In this document: one piece after another, positions 41,501-49,890 of the stretch | Position numbering within the stretch: position 1 is the first letter of the stretch | Layout of the letters: each line of letters starts with the position of its first letter | Assembly: GCA_965262145.1 (NCBI GenBank) | Contig: OZ253501.1 | Span: forward strand, 4,952,268-5,016,267 | Source: Candidatus Latescibacterota bacterium | GTDB taxonomy: Bacteria; Latescibacterota; UBA2968 | Length of the DNA: 64,000 bases | Direction of reading: 5' to 3' | The notes under the pieces: model-generated | Seen by the model: the letters and a program-made list of their open reading frames with translations, nothing else | What the model was told of the DNA's origin: nothing | Databases searched by the model: none | Position numbers and translations under genes: made by a program

Positions 41501-41788
41501 GCGTCTAAGGGCCTGGAGTTCCCCGTGGTATTTATCTGTGGGGTTGAGGAAGGATTGATCCCGCACACCGAAGCGGATATCGAAGAAGAGAAACGGCTAT
41601 TTTTTGTCGGCATAACCCGCGGACAAGACGAAATAATCTTGACACGCGCCCGAAGTCGCAGGCGGTTTGGCGAACGCATCGCACCCGAAATATCGCGCTT
41701 TGTAGCCGACATACCCAAAGACATCATCGACTTTGTCGATTTGCGAACCGAAAGACGCAAACCCGCCGAACAATTATCCCTGTTTTAA
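38531..41788 (+). CDS. PHP/endonuclease Q-like domain fused to a UvrD/PcrA helicase
   Basis: DIHLHSRF, GTGDFTHP, NSDAHS, GKYHFDGHR, Zn ribbon; AGPGTGKT, VDEFQD, GDPDQAIY, TLHASKGLEF, EEKRLFFVGITR. Confidence 0.92.
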   Translation: MQYIADIHLHSRFARATSKTLNPENLYRWSLIKGLTVVGTGDFTHPVWYEELRDQLEPAEEGLYQLRSDLRSGIDAELPPACRGEMRFVLSVEISLIYKKNDKTRKIHHVVTMPNFDAVARLNARLGAIGNLKSDGRPILGLDSRDLVEICLEACEDVLFIPAHIWTPHFAVLGASSGFDTLEECFEDMLPHIFAVETGLSSDPPMNWRLSMLDNYAIVSNSDAHSPQKLAREATCFNTELSFRGMYEALKDRDPTRFTGTLEFYPEEGKYHFDGHRKCDICWKPVQTLDADGICPVCGRKLTIGVLHRVEKLADRAEDDHPDVTMPFENLIPLSEIIGSVLQVGPASKRVQSVYEQMLATHGAELKILRQLPIEEIAKTGDPLIAEGIRRMREEKVHIAPGYDGVYGKIQVFSEEDRALISGQESLFHIPVAEPSKEKAENASLDKSTKTAIVKDSHFTLPPSPFPLHTSHFPLLTSHQQAAITIDKGPVIVTAGPGTGKTRVLTHRVIDLIQNRGVSPASIMAVTFTNRAATEMWERIVSLSSGGEELVPMRVGTFHRLALDLLREHAPERLGAIADRGEARAVLQEVIADIDTEIPVDDALSQISLCKAEGQGITDIANPELQTIYTNYQHRLTAYGLMDFDDILLILHDILCGDILRAVQARFSHVLVDEFQDVNAVQYALIQKLAGDGSGLFVIGDPDQAIYGFRGASAGYFERLKSDFSGATEVILQRTFRSTPQIISAASSLLGGRSYVPVREDGPNLRVLSTPGETGEGIAIVDEISRMVGGADLLQANEEGKRSLDDFAILFRTGRQADALETCFLQAGIPYRVVGQKNYLEAASVRHALSFFKCVRRDNLSATDLSARDIIDLLSIPAFDPGREARASMRQQIQNNALSDTVQEKLDAAIEVVDRFRNKISHLSPSELIAKWTDEFATSDDIDLERLGLLAQGVDSIAELLEIVTLGQDGDFVRRGKIARPEAVTLMTLHASKGLEFPVVFICGVEEGLIPHTEADIEEEKRLFFVGITRGQDEIILTRARSRRRFGERIAPEISRFVADIPKDIIDFVDLRTERRKPAEQLSLF
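39901..39963 (+). repeat. Nine heptamer repeats (NNNCTTC) in the interdomain linker
   Basis: tcacttc acacttc ctccttc ccccttc cctcttc acacttc tcacttc ccacttc tcacttc = 63 nt, in frame. Confidence 0.85.
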
Positions 41789-43089
41789 ATACCGAGCATC
41801 TCGTGTACAGCGTTGTGAATGCGGTCTTCTGTATCTGCGACAAATGGACCCGTGCGTTTCCAGTGTTGCTGGTTGAACCAGACCTCGTAGCCCCCTTCTG
41901 GGATCTGGCGTTTGACGGGGATATAACCGACAATATCATTTGTATAAGCCGTCACCAGAAGATTGTCAAAATAAGGCGCCAGTTCTTTCTTCAAACGCAA
42001 CCCGTGCTCTACATTCATTTCACCGGCAAGCCCGACAATAGCCAGCGCATTGCCAAAACGCACCGTCTGGATCTCAAACGGAAAGCTGGTAGCGACGGGA
42101 ATATTGTTTTCAACGCTCTCGAACAAATGTCGCGCCCATGCCCGCACATATTCCGGACCGTCGTCCAGGCTGGACTTGACGAGATCCATATCAATGGATT
42201 CAGTCTCTATATTCAGCACCGTCTGAGCAATAGAAATCGGACCGCTTATGGGCCGCAGGGCATCCGAGGCCAGTACCCGGGTGACAGACTCACCCAATTC
42301 AATGCCAATATCGCGGATCTCATCGACCTCCCGCTGAACAAAAGCAGCCGACATCGGATCAACCGGTCTCGTCTTCTGATCTCCGGCACAGCCCTGTAAA
42401 AAACAAGTCGCGATATCGGGATACACCGCTTCAATATGGTCATAAGCAAAACACACGTAATCTCCCCCAATAAGCGTTCCGCTGCGGCTGGTGGGGTGAC
42501 AGGCGTAAGAAAAAATAACACATCGCAACTCGCCTTCGGGAGATTCGACCGCGATAACCGGAACATCGTGGTCGTGAGGCGCTTCCAAAGTGGGTATCCA
42601 CTCTACGCCGCCTTTTCCATCTAGCTTTCGACGAGACACCGCGATATCACAATTCCCCTTACCAAAACGAAGGCGCACAGAAGACCGGGCTTCCCAGGCT
42701 GTTTTTGCACAGCGCGCGACTTTTTCAAAGAGATCTTCGAGATAATCGTCGTCCAGTTCCCCGTGCCGCTCCCTGTCCATTTCCCGGATACAGGGACCGC
42801 AATGGGTATGCGAGCCATTGAGAATAATATATGCCGGATCAATACCCGTAACCGCGTTAATTCTGCTTCTCACCTCTTCCGTGCGCTCGTAAAAACCCAA
42901 AATCTCGGCACCGACAATAAGCAGCGGTGTCTGACCGTCGTCTATCGCAACCGCTGTAGCCTTCAGAGGGTGATAAACCGCAGTAGAAGGCTCTTGCCGC
43001 GCCGCGTATCCAGCCAGATAAATACCTACGGGCGGGGTAATATCGACAGTGCTAACACCGACTTGATAGATATTATTGGACGTTGACAT
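41785..43089 (-). CDS. Neutral/alkaline ceramidase-like hydrolase
   Basis: DITPP..LAGY, SHTHCGP, YACHPT, QGCAGD, GYIP..EGGYE motifs. Confidence 0.8.
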   Translation of the reverse strand: MSTSNNIYQVGVSTVDITPPVGIYLAGYAARQEPSTAVYHPLKATAVAIDDGQTPLLIVGAEILGFYERTEEVRSRINAVTGIDPAYIILNGSHTHCGPCIREMDRERHGELDDDYLEDLFEKVARCAKTAWEARSSVRLRFGKGNCDIAVSRRKLDGKGGVEWIPTLEAPHDHDVPVIAVESPEGELRCVIFSYACHPTSRSGTLIGGDYVCFAYDHIEAVYPDIATCFLQGCAGDQKTRPVDPMSAAFVQREVDEIRDIGIELGESVTRVLASDALRPISGPISIAQTVLNIETESIDMDLVKSSLDDGPEYVRAWARHLFESVENNIPVATSFPFEIQTVRFGNALAIVGLAGEMNVEHGLRLKKELAPYFDNLLVTAYTNDIVGYIPVKRQIPEGGYEVWFNQQHWKRTGPFVADTEDRIHNAVHEMLGI

Positions 43090-43101
43090 GTCATGTATTC
43101 C

Positions 43102-44256
43102 TTATAAAAATCGCGTAATTTGATAAGCATCAATATCCGTCGCGAGGTCTTTCTCCAGAACGAGATCCGCGATGAGTTTGCCGCTATAAGGACCGAGTTG
43201 CAGGCCAGTGGGACCGTGCCCGGTTGCGAGATAGATATTTTGAATATTGGGGACAGGACCCAGCACCGGCAAATGATCCTCCGTGTACGGACGCAACCCA
43301 ACCCGAATTTCGCGGACCTCTGCCTGCGCCAAACCCGGCGCAACCCGCAGAGCTTCTGCGAGAACCTCGAGCACCCCTGCGGCAGTCGTGCGAGCCTCAA
43401 AACCGGACCCTGTTTCCCGGGTCGCACCCACGACTATGCGGCTATCCGGCCAGGGAACCATATAGTGGCCTCGCATCGCGCTGATAATAGGCCAGGATGA
43501 CGTATCCGTATCTGCCAAACCCAAATGGATAATCTGACCGCGCTGAGGCTCAACCGGGATATGAACGCCAAGCTGATCCCCAAATGTCTGCGACCATGCC
43601 CCGCCCGCGATAACGACCTTACCCGCGGAAATAGTTTCCCCGTCTGTTATAACGCCCGTGACCGAATCGTCATGGATCAACAGCCGATCAACACCAGCGT
43701 ATTTAACCGCGAGACCCTTCGCCTCCGCAGCCCGGTGCAGAGCAGCCGATAAAAGACGGCCATCCACACGGGCGGCATCGCGGTAGTAAAGAGCACCGTG
43801 TACATCCGCCAGCGCGGGAAAGCGCCTGCGCGCCTCGTCCGATGATATCTCGTACAGATCGTCCGCAGCTGGTTCACCGCGTTGATCTCGGCGATTAAAA
43901 ATATGTCGCCGCGCAATCGCAAAGGGTTCTATTTCATCATAAGAAACAGCGACAAGCATCATACCGCATGTTGCAAAACCCGTATCCCCATCCTGTTCCG
44001 CCTGCAAATTCTCCACCAATTGCGGATAATATTCAAAAGCAAACGCGGCAAGACGCAGCCAGGGATCCGGATCGCGGGTATTACTGGCGTTGTGCTTCGC
44101 GTGGGTCGCAGGCGAAAGAATACCCGCACCTGCATCGGTCGCACGCCCCGCATCCCTCCGATCGATAAGCAGGGTCTTCGCGCCGTTACAAATTAGATGA
44201 TAGGCAGTAGATGTCCCAACAATACCGCCGCCGATAACAATAGCGTCATAATTCAT
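43102..44256 (-). CDS. FAD-dependent oxidoreductase (DadA/ThiO family)
   Basis: IGGGIVG, AGGAWS, PQRGQ, GLRPYTEDHLP, GHGPTG motifs. Confidence 0.9.
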   Translation of the reverse strand: MNYDAIVIGGGIVGTSTAYHLICNGAKTLLIDRRDAGRATDAGAGILSPATHAKHNASNTRDPDPWLRLAAFAFEYYPQLVENLQAEQDGDTGFATCGMMLVAVSYDEIEPFAIARRHIFNRRDQRGEPAADDLYEISSDEARRRFPALADVHGALYYRDAARVDGRLLSAALHRAAEAKGLAVKYAGVDRLLIHDDSVTGVITDGETISAGKVVIAGGAWSQTFGDQLGVHIPVEPQRGQIIHLGLADTDTSSWPIISAMRGHYMVPWPDSRIVVGATRETGSGFEARTTAAGVLEVLAEALRVAPGLAQAEVREIRVGLRPYTEDHLPVLGPVPNIQNIYLATGHGPTGLQLGPYSGKLIADLVLEKDLATDIDAYQITRFL

Positions 44257-44310
44257 TTTGCACTCAAAAATCGAAGGCATCTCACGCAAAGACGCAATGG
44301 TAAATTCGCG

Positions 44311-45453
44311 CTATAAGCTGGCATAGAGCAAACCCAGCACGGCGATGATGCCTGTGGAAATAAGGCCCAGTGTAAAGGGTTGAATCCCTCCGGCCTTGAG
44401 GGCGCGAAATTCGGTGATGAGACCGACGCCAGCCATCGCGCCGGTGATAAGCCATTTGCCGGCGGCACCCAACAGGACAGCGAGGTTCAGGGTGTGGTCG
44501 CCGCCGCCAAAGATGAAGCGATCAGTCAGGTGCAGGGTGATTTCAGGCAAAAATCCGGTGGTTCTCAGGAAAGCCAGGCCGAGAAAGAAGATGACAAACG
44601 TGGGGATCAGTTTGCCGTAGTTGACGGTCTGCCCCACAAAGGCTTCCTGTTTGCGACGCTGGTGGGCATAGACAGCACTGAAGATGAAGATGGTGGGCCC
44701 AAGCAGGGAAATACGGGTAAGTTTGACAACAGTGGCGATCTCGCCTGCGATCTGGCCATTGGTAGAATGGGCAAAGCCAGCGGCGATGACCTGCGGGGTG
44801 GCGTGGATCGCCAGGCCGCACCATTCGCCGTAGATCTCGGGAGAGAGCAGGAGGAACGCGCCCAGGATGGGGAAGAGCAGCATCGCCAGTACGCCGAGCA
44901 AGTTGATGGTGGCAATGGCAATGGCGATGTCTTCTTCTTCGGATTGGATGACGGGTGCAGCGGCAACAATGGCGGAACTCCCGCAGACGGCAGTACCGAT
45001 GCCGATGAGCAGGGAAAGCTTGTTCTTGACTTTTACAAATCTGGAGAGATACTGGGTCGTCAGAATGATGAAAGCGATGATGAAAGCGGCGCCGAGCAGA
45101 ACGCGCAAGCCCACCTCAAGCAGGTTGTAAAAGTCCAGACCCGCGCCAAGAAGGATGATGCCCAACGGCAGGATTTTTTTTATGACAACGTCCGCACCGG
45201 GTTTGAGCTGTGCGGATGACGGCACGAGGTTGCGCAAAATGAGGCCCAGAAGCAGGGCGAGCAGGACAGCACTGAAGGGGTGCTGGTCGTTGGATAAGGT
45301 GAACGGTGGTATAGGCAAGTTGTGAAGGTAAAATGCAATCCATGTGAGCACCGCGCAAACGATGATACCCGGCCAGTGACTGGCCTGATCCCACATGGCG
45401 AGCTTTTTTCGGAACTGCCTTTCAAATGCCTGCTCTCGACGGTTCAGGTCCAA
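44311..45453 (-). CDS. YeiH/UPF0324 family membrane transporter (putative sulfate exporter)
   Basis: GTAVCGSSAIVA, IHATPQVIAA, VKLTR motifs; multiple TM helices. Confidence 0.88.
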   Translation of the reverse strand: MDLNRREQAFERQFRKKLAMWDQASHWPGIIVCAVLTWIAFYLHNLPIPPFTLSNDQHPFSAVLLALLLGLILRNLVPSSAQLKPGADVVIKKILPLGIILLGAGLDFYNLLEVGLRVLLGAAFIIAFIILTTQYLSRFVKVKNKLSLLIGIGTAVCGSSAIVAAAPVIQSEEEDIAIAIATINLLGVLAMLLFPILGAFLLLSPEIYGEWCGLAIHATPQVIAAGFAHSTNGQIAGEIATVVKLTRISLLGPTIFIFSAVYAHQRRKQEAFVGQTVNYGKLIPTFVIFFLGLAFLRTTGFLPEITLHLTDRFIFGGGDHTLNLAVLLGAAGKWLITGAMAGVGLITEFRALKAGGIQPFTLGLISTGIIAVLGLLYASL

Positions 45454-45484
45454 ATGTCTTGTTCTCCTGCGGTTTCTTCCCGGG

Positions 45485-46438
45485 CTATAACAGCACGCCG
45501 GTGTTGTATTCCTTCTCCTGTTTGAAATACTCTTCTACGCTAAAATAGCGTGTCCCGGTGTCGCAGAGAATGGTCACGACATTCTGACCGGGGGAGAGGC
45601 GTTCGGCAACTTGACGGGCGGCAACCACGGCGGCACCGGAGGAAATGCCAACCAGAAGAGATTCTTCTCTGGCCAGGGCTTCGGTCATGTTAAAGGCGGT
45701 GAGATCTTCTACGGCGATGACATCGTCAATGATGTCCAAATTGAGAATGGAGGGTATAAATCCGGCACCGATGCCCTCGATGGCATGAATGCCGGCAGAT
45801 TTTCCGCTGAGTACGGCAGAGGCAGCAGGTTCGACAGCGATAATCTGAAGCTTCGGGATTGCATTTTTCAGAACTTCACCCGCGCCGGTAATGGTGCCGC
45901 CAGTGCCTACGCCAGCGACAAAAGCGGCGATGCTGCCGTCTGTGGCCTGGAGGATTTCAGGACCGGTGGTTTGACGGTGCACTTCGGGATTGGCCGGGTT
46001 TTCAAACTGGCGGAGTTCAATGCAGTTGGGGTTTTGTTCGACGATTTCCCGAGCTTTTTTTACAGCACCTGCCATGTCCTGGTCGCCGGGAGTAAGGATG
46101 ACTTCTGCGCCGTAGCGGGTGACGAGGGCGCGACGCTCAAAACTCATGGTTTCGGGCATCGTGAGGATGAGGCGGTAGTTGAATCGGGCGCAAATCATAG
46201 CCAGGCCAATACCGGTATTACCGCTGGTGGCTTCGACGATGGCCATGCCGCGTTTTAACCTGTGGGATTTTTCAGCATCCTGGATCATGCTCAAGGCGAT
46301 GCGGTCCTTCACGCTACCGCCGGGGTTGAGGTATTCGAGTTTGCCCAGAATAGTGGCGCCGCCGGGTGGTGAGAGATTGTCCAAACGCATCATCGGAGTT
46401 CTGCCAATGAGTTCGGCGATCTGGTTGTGGATTGCCAT
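45485..46438 (-). CDS. cysK: Cysteine synthase A
   Basis: IGRTP, NPGGSVKDRIA, EATSGNTGIG, GVGTGGT, IEGIGAGF, GISSGA motifs; AGGAG RBS. Confidence 0.95.
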   Translation of the reverse strand: MAIHNQIAELIGRTPMMRLDNLSPPGGATILGKLEYLNPGGSVKDRIALSMIQDAEKSHRLKRGMAIVEATSGNTGIGLAMICARFNYRLILTMPETMSFERRALVTRYGAEVILTPGDQDMAGAVKKAREIVEQNPNCIELRQFENPANPEVHRQTTGPEILQATDGSIAAFVAGVGTGGTITGAGEVLKNAIPKLQIIAVEPAASAVLSGKSAGIHAIEGIGAGFIPSILNLDIIDDVIAVEDLTAFNMTEALAREESLLVGISSGAAVVAARQVAERLSPGQNVVTILCDTGTRYFSVEEYFKQEKEYNTGVLL

Positions 46439-46614
46439 GGAGTTGCTCCTATAAGACATAAAAACACCACAGAACCACACGAAAAGACGATGGACAGAAA
46501 ATACCATCTTTCTTTAAGTAAGCAACAGGATAGCGAGAAAGCTGGGGGGTGTCAACCCATCTGAAAAGCACCTCAGAACCACTTAGAAGGGGACTTTGGG
46601 CTGTGAACGGGTCG

Positions 46615-47457
46615 TCATCCCGATAGACCCCATATCTCAGCCGCAGTACCACCCAGAATGCGTTCTACATCCCCATCCGTGAGAAAAGAAAGCCCCTCGC
46701 GAATAAGGCAAAGTTCATCAGCAAGCGTGGGCCAATTGTGTAAGACCCGGTGAGGCCCGGGGTACCCAGTCCCCCAGACCATACGCTGTGCAGTAAAAAC
46801 CTCCAGCGCAGCCACAATATAGGGATGCACATCTTCGTACGGATGAATTTTTTGCGAACGACCAGCGACATCCGAGAGTTTAAAAAACACATTGTCAAAA
46901 CGCGCCAGATTTAGGATAGGCTGATAATCGGCAAGTGGACGATCTATTTGCGGGTATCCCATGTGGTCTAAGATGAGAACAGTATTCGGATACCGCTGAG
47001 CAATCGCAGCGACCTGATCGGCATCTTCAGGCCGCAGATGAAATTGGATAATAGCGTCGAGAGCCGCGATCTCTTCCCACATCGGACCATTTTGTTCCGT
47101 AAGCAGGATCTTTTCATCGGGATAGTACATCGGATGCAAACGGAACCCAACCAGACCGCGCTCCCGAACCCAGTAACGTACCTGCTCGGCATTGTCGGGA
47201 TCCTGGGGATCGATAAGACCGTGCCCGATAAACCGATCCGGGTATCGAACCACAGAATCCGCGATATAACCGTTGTCCCAGGTGGACCAACTCGTTTGCA
47301 CGAGCACTGTCCAATCCACCCCTTCGGCATCCATATCGGCCAAAAGTTCCTCAACAGTACCCGGTTCATCCGGATAGTTATTCCACGTTGGCGCAGTGGG
47401 ACCAATGGGATATTTATCCGAAATTTCCCAGATGTGAACGTGCGTATCGACAATCAT
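46615..47457 (-). CDS. Amidohydrolase family protein
   Basis: DTHVH, LDHMG, KLS, VWGTGYP motifs. Confidence 0.85.
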   Translation of the reverse strand: MIVDTHVHIWEISDKYPIGPTAPTWNNYPDEPGTVEELLADMDAEGVDWTVLVQTSWSTWDNGYIADSVVRYPDRFIGHGLIDPQDPDNAEQVRYWVRERGLVGFRLHPMYYPDEKILLTEQNGPMWEEIAALDAIIQFHLRPEDADQVAAIAQRYPNTVLILDHMGYPQIDRPLADYQPILNLARFDNVFFKLSDVAGRSQKIHPYEDVHPYIVAALEVFTAQRMVWGTGYPGPHRVLHNWPTLADELCLIREGLSFLTDGDVERILGGTAAEIWGLSG

Positions 47458-47497
47458 GAAGAAGTCCTTTATTTTTTATCATCACAGGAGGAAGACC

Positions 47498-47707
47498 ATG
47501 CAACATCAAAATTGGAAATGCCCGAAATGCAACCACACAGATTTTGAAACCGATGAATTTCGAGCAACAGGCGGGGGGCTATCGAGATTCTTTGATGTTC
47601 AAAACAAAAAATTCACAACGGTAATATGCTCGCGATGCAACTACACAGAAATCTACCGCGCCGACTCCTCAACTATAGGCAACATATTCGACTTTTTCAC
47701 GAGCTAA
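47498..47707 (+). CDS. Small zinc-ribbon protein (DUF2082-like)
   Basis: CPKC...FDVQNKKF..CSRCNYTEIY; AGGAGG RBS. Confidence 0.85.
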   Translation: MQHQNWKCPKCNHTDFETDEFRATGGGLSRFFDVQNKKFTTVICSRCNYTEIYRADSSTIGNIFDFFTS

Positions 47708-47733
47708 AATAACAGAACCCACTCAAGAAGCAA

Positions 47734-47764
47734 AAGCCCGATGGATAAGTGTACCATCGGGCTT
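47734..47764. terminator. Hairpin terminator between convergent genes
   Basis: AAGCCCGATGG-N9-CCATCGGGCTT. Confidence 0.7.
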
Positions 47765-47807
47765 ATTCATATAGTTTGAGGGATGTGCATAATTCCATAT
47801 AATCGCG

Positions 47808-48140
47808 TCACGCATCCAACGCTTGCTGAAATGCTTTAAGGCTGGACACTTGTATCGCCGCACGATGCAACTGCTTCAGGCGTTGCAAATCGTCAATGGC
47901 GGCAATGCGCGTGGATAGAGGGTGTGTTTCGCTCAGGTCAAATCGAATCTCCAACACTTCGAGGATCGCTCCGATCGCGCTTCTTCTTTCACCTTGCTCA
48001 ATACCTTGCTCAATACCTTGCTCAATACCTTGCTCAATGCCTTGCCCAATACCTTGCTTCATGCCTTCCTCTCTACCTTGCTCAATACCCAGTTGCTTAA
48101 TGTATTGTGCAAACGACGATTCGCGCATAATGGCATCCAT
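47808..48140 (-). CDS. Putative internally initiated Rpn-S antitoxin (110 aa)
   Basis: In-frame ATG preceded by AGGAGG-N5 just upstream of the repeat-bearing C-terminal domain. Confidence 0.6.
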   Translation of the reverse strand: MDAIMRESSFAQYIKQLGIEQGREEGMKQGIGQGIEQGIEQGIEQGIEQGERRSAIGAILEVLEIRFDLSETHPLSTRIAAIDDLQRLKQLHRAAIQVSSLKAFQQALDA

Positions 48141-48773
48141 GAGACCCTCCTGTGATAGAATACGATTGATTAGTGTTGGATCATACTCTAACCCACTCAA
48201 TATCATCAACCTACCCAAAAAGTCAACCTTTATTGATTCATCCACCGCCAGAGCATTCGTCGCGTGAACACATTGACGCAACCACGCCTCCGAATCTATC
48301 CCAACAGGACGTTTCATCAAGGGTGCGAACGGAAACAAGCCCGAAGGTCCTCCATCAATAATATCCTGTCCTTCTATCTCACTGAGCCGAATCACTGTGT
48401 ATTCTATCAAAACCCGATGGCCGGGCAAATCCTGGATATAGTGCCCCGGATCGCGCCGACCCGCACTGCGCCGTAAATAGATCACACTGGAATAAATCGG
48501 CAGGTCGTGATGCTCAATCGCACGTATAATATAGCCAGCCATGCGGAGCGGCATAGATGGATCGTCAGTCGTTTGAAACTCGTGATGTATCAATGCCTCC
48601 TTGCCCGCGATATGGACACGGATGAGGCTATCGGTATGTCGTGTTTCAACCGTGGATTGCTCTGTATCGAGTATATCGAGGACCTGGACATCGTCTCGTC
48701 CAAGTGTGAATTGGATGAAGTCTTTTGGATAGGTCTGGATGAGATGTTTGGAAATGGTGTCGTATTCGGCCAT
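47808..48773 (-). CDS. Rpn family PD-(D/E)XK nuclease (recombination-promoting nuclease)
   Basis: YDTISK, TDSL..HHEFQT..MPLRMAGY; C-terminal EQGI repeats (12-bp units at about 47991-48088). Confidence 0.88.
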   Translation of the reverse strand: MAEYDTISKHLIQTYPKDFIQFTLGRDDVQVLDILDTEQSTVETRHTDSLIRVHIAGKEALIHHEFQTTDDPSMPLRMAGYIIRAIEHHDLPIYSSVIYLRRSAGRRDPGHYIQDLPGHRVLIEYTVIRLSEIEGQDIIDGGPSGLFPFAPLMKRPVGIDSEAWLRQCVHATNALAVDESIKVDFLGRLMILSGLEYDPTLINRILSQEGLMDAIMRESSFAQYIKQLGIEQGREEGMKQGIGQGIEQGIEQGIEQGIEQGERRSAIGAILEVLEIRFDLSETHPLSTRIAAIDDLQRLKQLHRAAIQVSSLKAFQQALDA

Positions 48774-49147
48774 GCAGGATGCCCTGGGTCTGATGGGTGA
48801 ATTTTATTTTAAAACACACGCAACAGTTAGACCCTGAGCAAATATCAAGCCAACGTCACAGAATTGAGCGATAAATGGTATGGACAGAAGCTCACGTACC
48901 CTCATCAGGCTTTTAATATGCTGTATTGCGTCCTTAACTTGAATGTAAGGATCGCCTTTAGAGGCACACACAAACGGAACGCGCCGGGATACAAAAGTGT
49001 ACGTTTTGATCCATGAATAATGGGGTATCGTGAAAGATTTTTACATTTGAAAAAAATAGCGATCTGCTGCGAATCAGTCTCCCGCGCTGTGCTTAATGGC
49101 TTTTTTTATGGGATTGGCTGATGGCATATTTGAAGGCTTATTTTGAT

Positions 49148-49321
49148 TTAGGCACCCTCTTCATATAGTGTTAGTATCACATCTCTCACTGCCAGTAAAA
49201 ACGCTCCTATATCCCCGCTTTTCTCATAATCCTCAAGCGCAACAGAAAGATATATCTTCGCGTCCTCTGGATCGCGTAGCTGTTCAATATGGTAGTCTTT
49301 GAAATTTCTGTAGTTACTCAT
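49148..49321 (-). pseudogene. Truncated addiction-module antidote (HI1420-like)
   Basis: MSNYRNFKDYHIEQLRDPEDAKIYLSVALEDYEKSGDIGAFLLAVRDV, then diverges and stops before the HTH. Confidence 0.65.
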
Positions 49322-49487
49322 TTTTTGACTCTGTTGAATTATGCTCTCTAAAACAAAAGCCCGCTGGATACATCCCTCCGAGCTTTATTTTGCCATCAAA
49401 AATCTCACCCATAAGTCCACCCGCAGTAAAATCCTTGCTGCTCTGCAATTGACATAAGAGGCTCCAGGGTTCTGCGATAGGCAAATC

Positions 49488-49694
49488 TCAATTTTTCAAA
49501 ATCCAGAGTGTCCTCGGGCTTATCAATATGCAGGTCTGTAATATAAGGCTCCTATTTGTTATTGCTAAAACTATCCCGGCGATAGATAGCACGGCGCAGT
49601 GGGTTTCAGCTAAGCGGTCAATATATATTTCCGATGGAAAACGATCACTTTTAGAACTATTTGCCAGGGGATCAACGGGAATAAGATTCCACAA
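49488..49694 (-). pseudogene. HNH endonuclease C-terminal fragment
   Basis: WNLIPVDPLANSSKSDRFPS resembles the WNLxP..NSSKSxxLP segment of HNH proteins; no N-terminus. Confidence 0.45.
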
Positions 49695-49890
49695 CTGATT
49701 ATGCGCTACAAATGATTACTTGACATGTCTCTGTTCAGTAACATTATTTGACAGAATTTCATTCAATCTGGATTTTCAATCTCAATAATTTAAGTCTAAT
49801 GACTCAAATTTTCAAAGCGAAAATCTTCCCACTTGGTAGGGAAATGTCGAAATTTTTAAATCGATAAGTTTCTGGTAGAGGAGCAAAGAA

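Noticed and set aside
49720-49776. Sigma70 promoter for the defence operon (two TTGACA boxes)
   Set aside because: No convincing -10 element at 16-18 bp spacing
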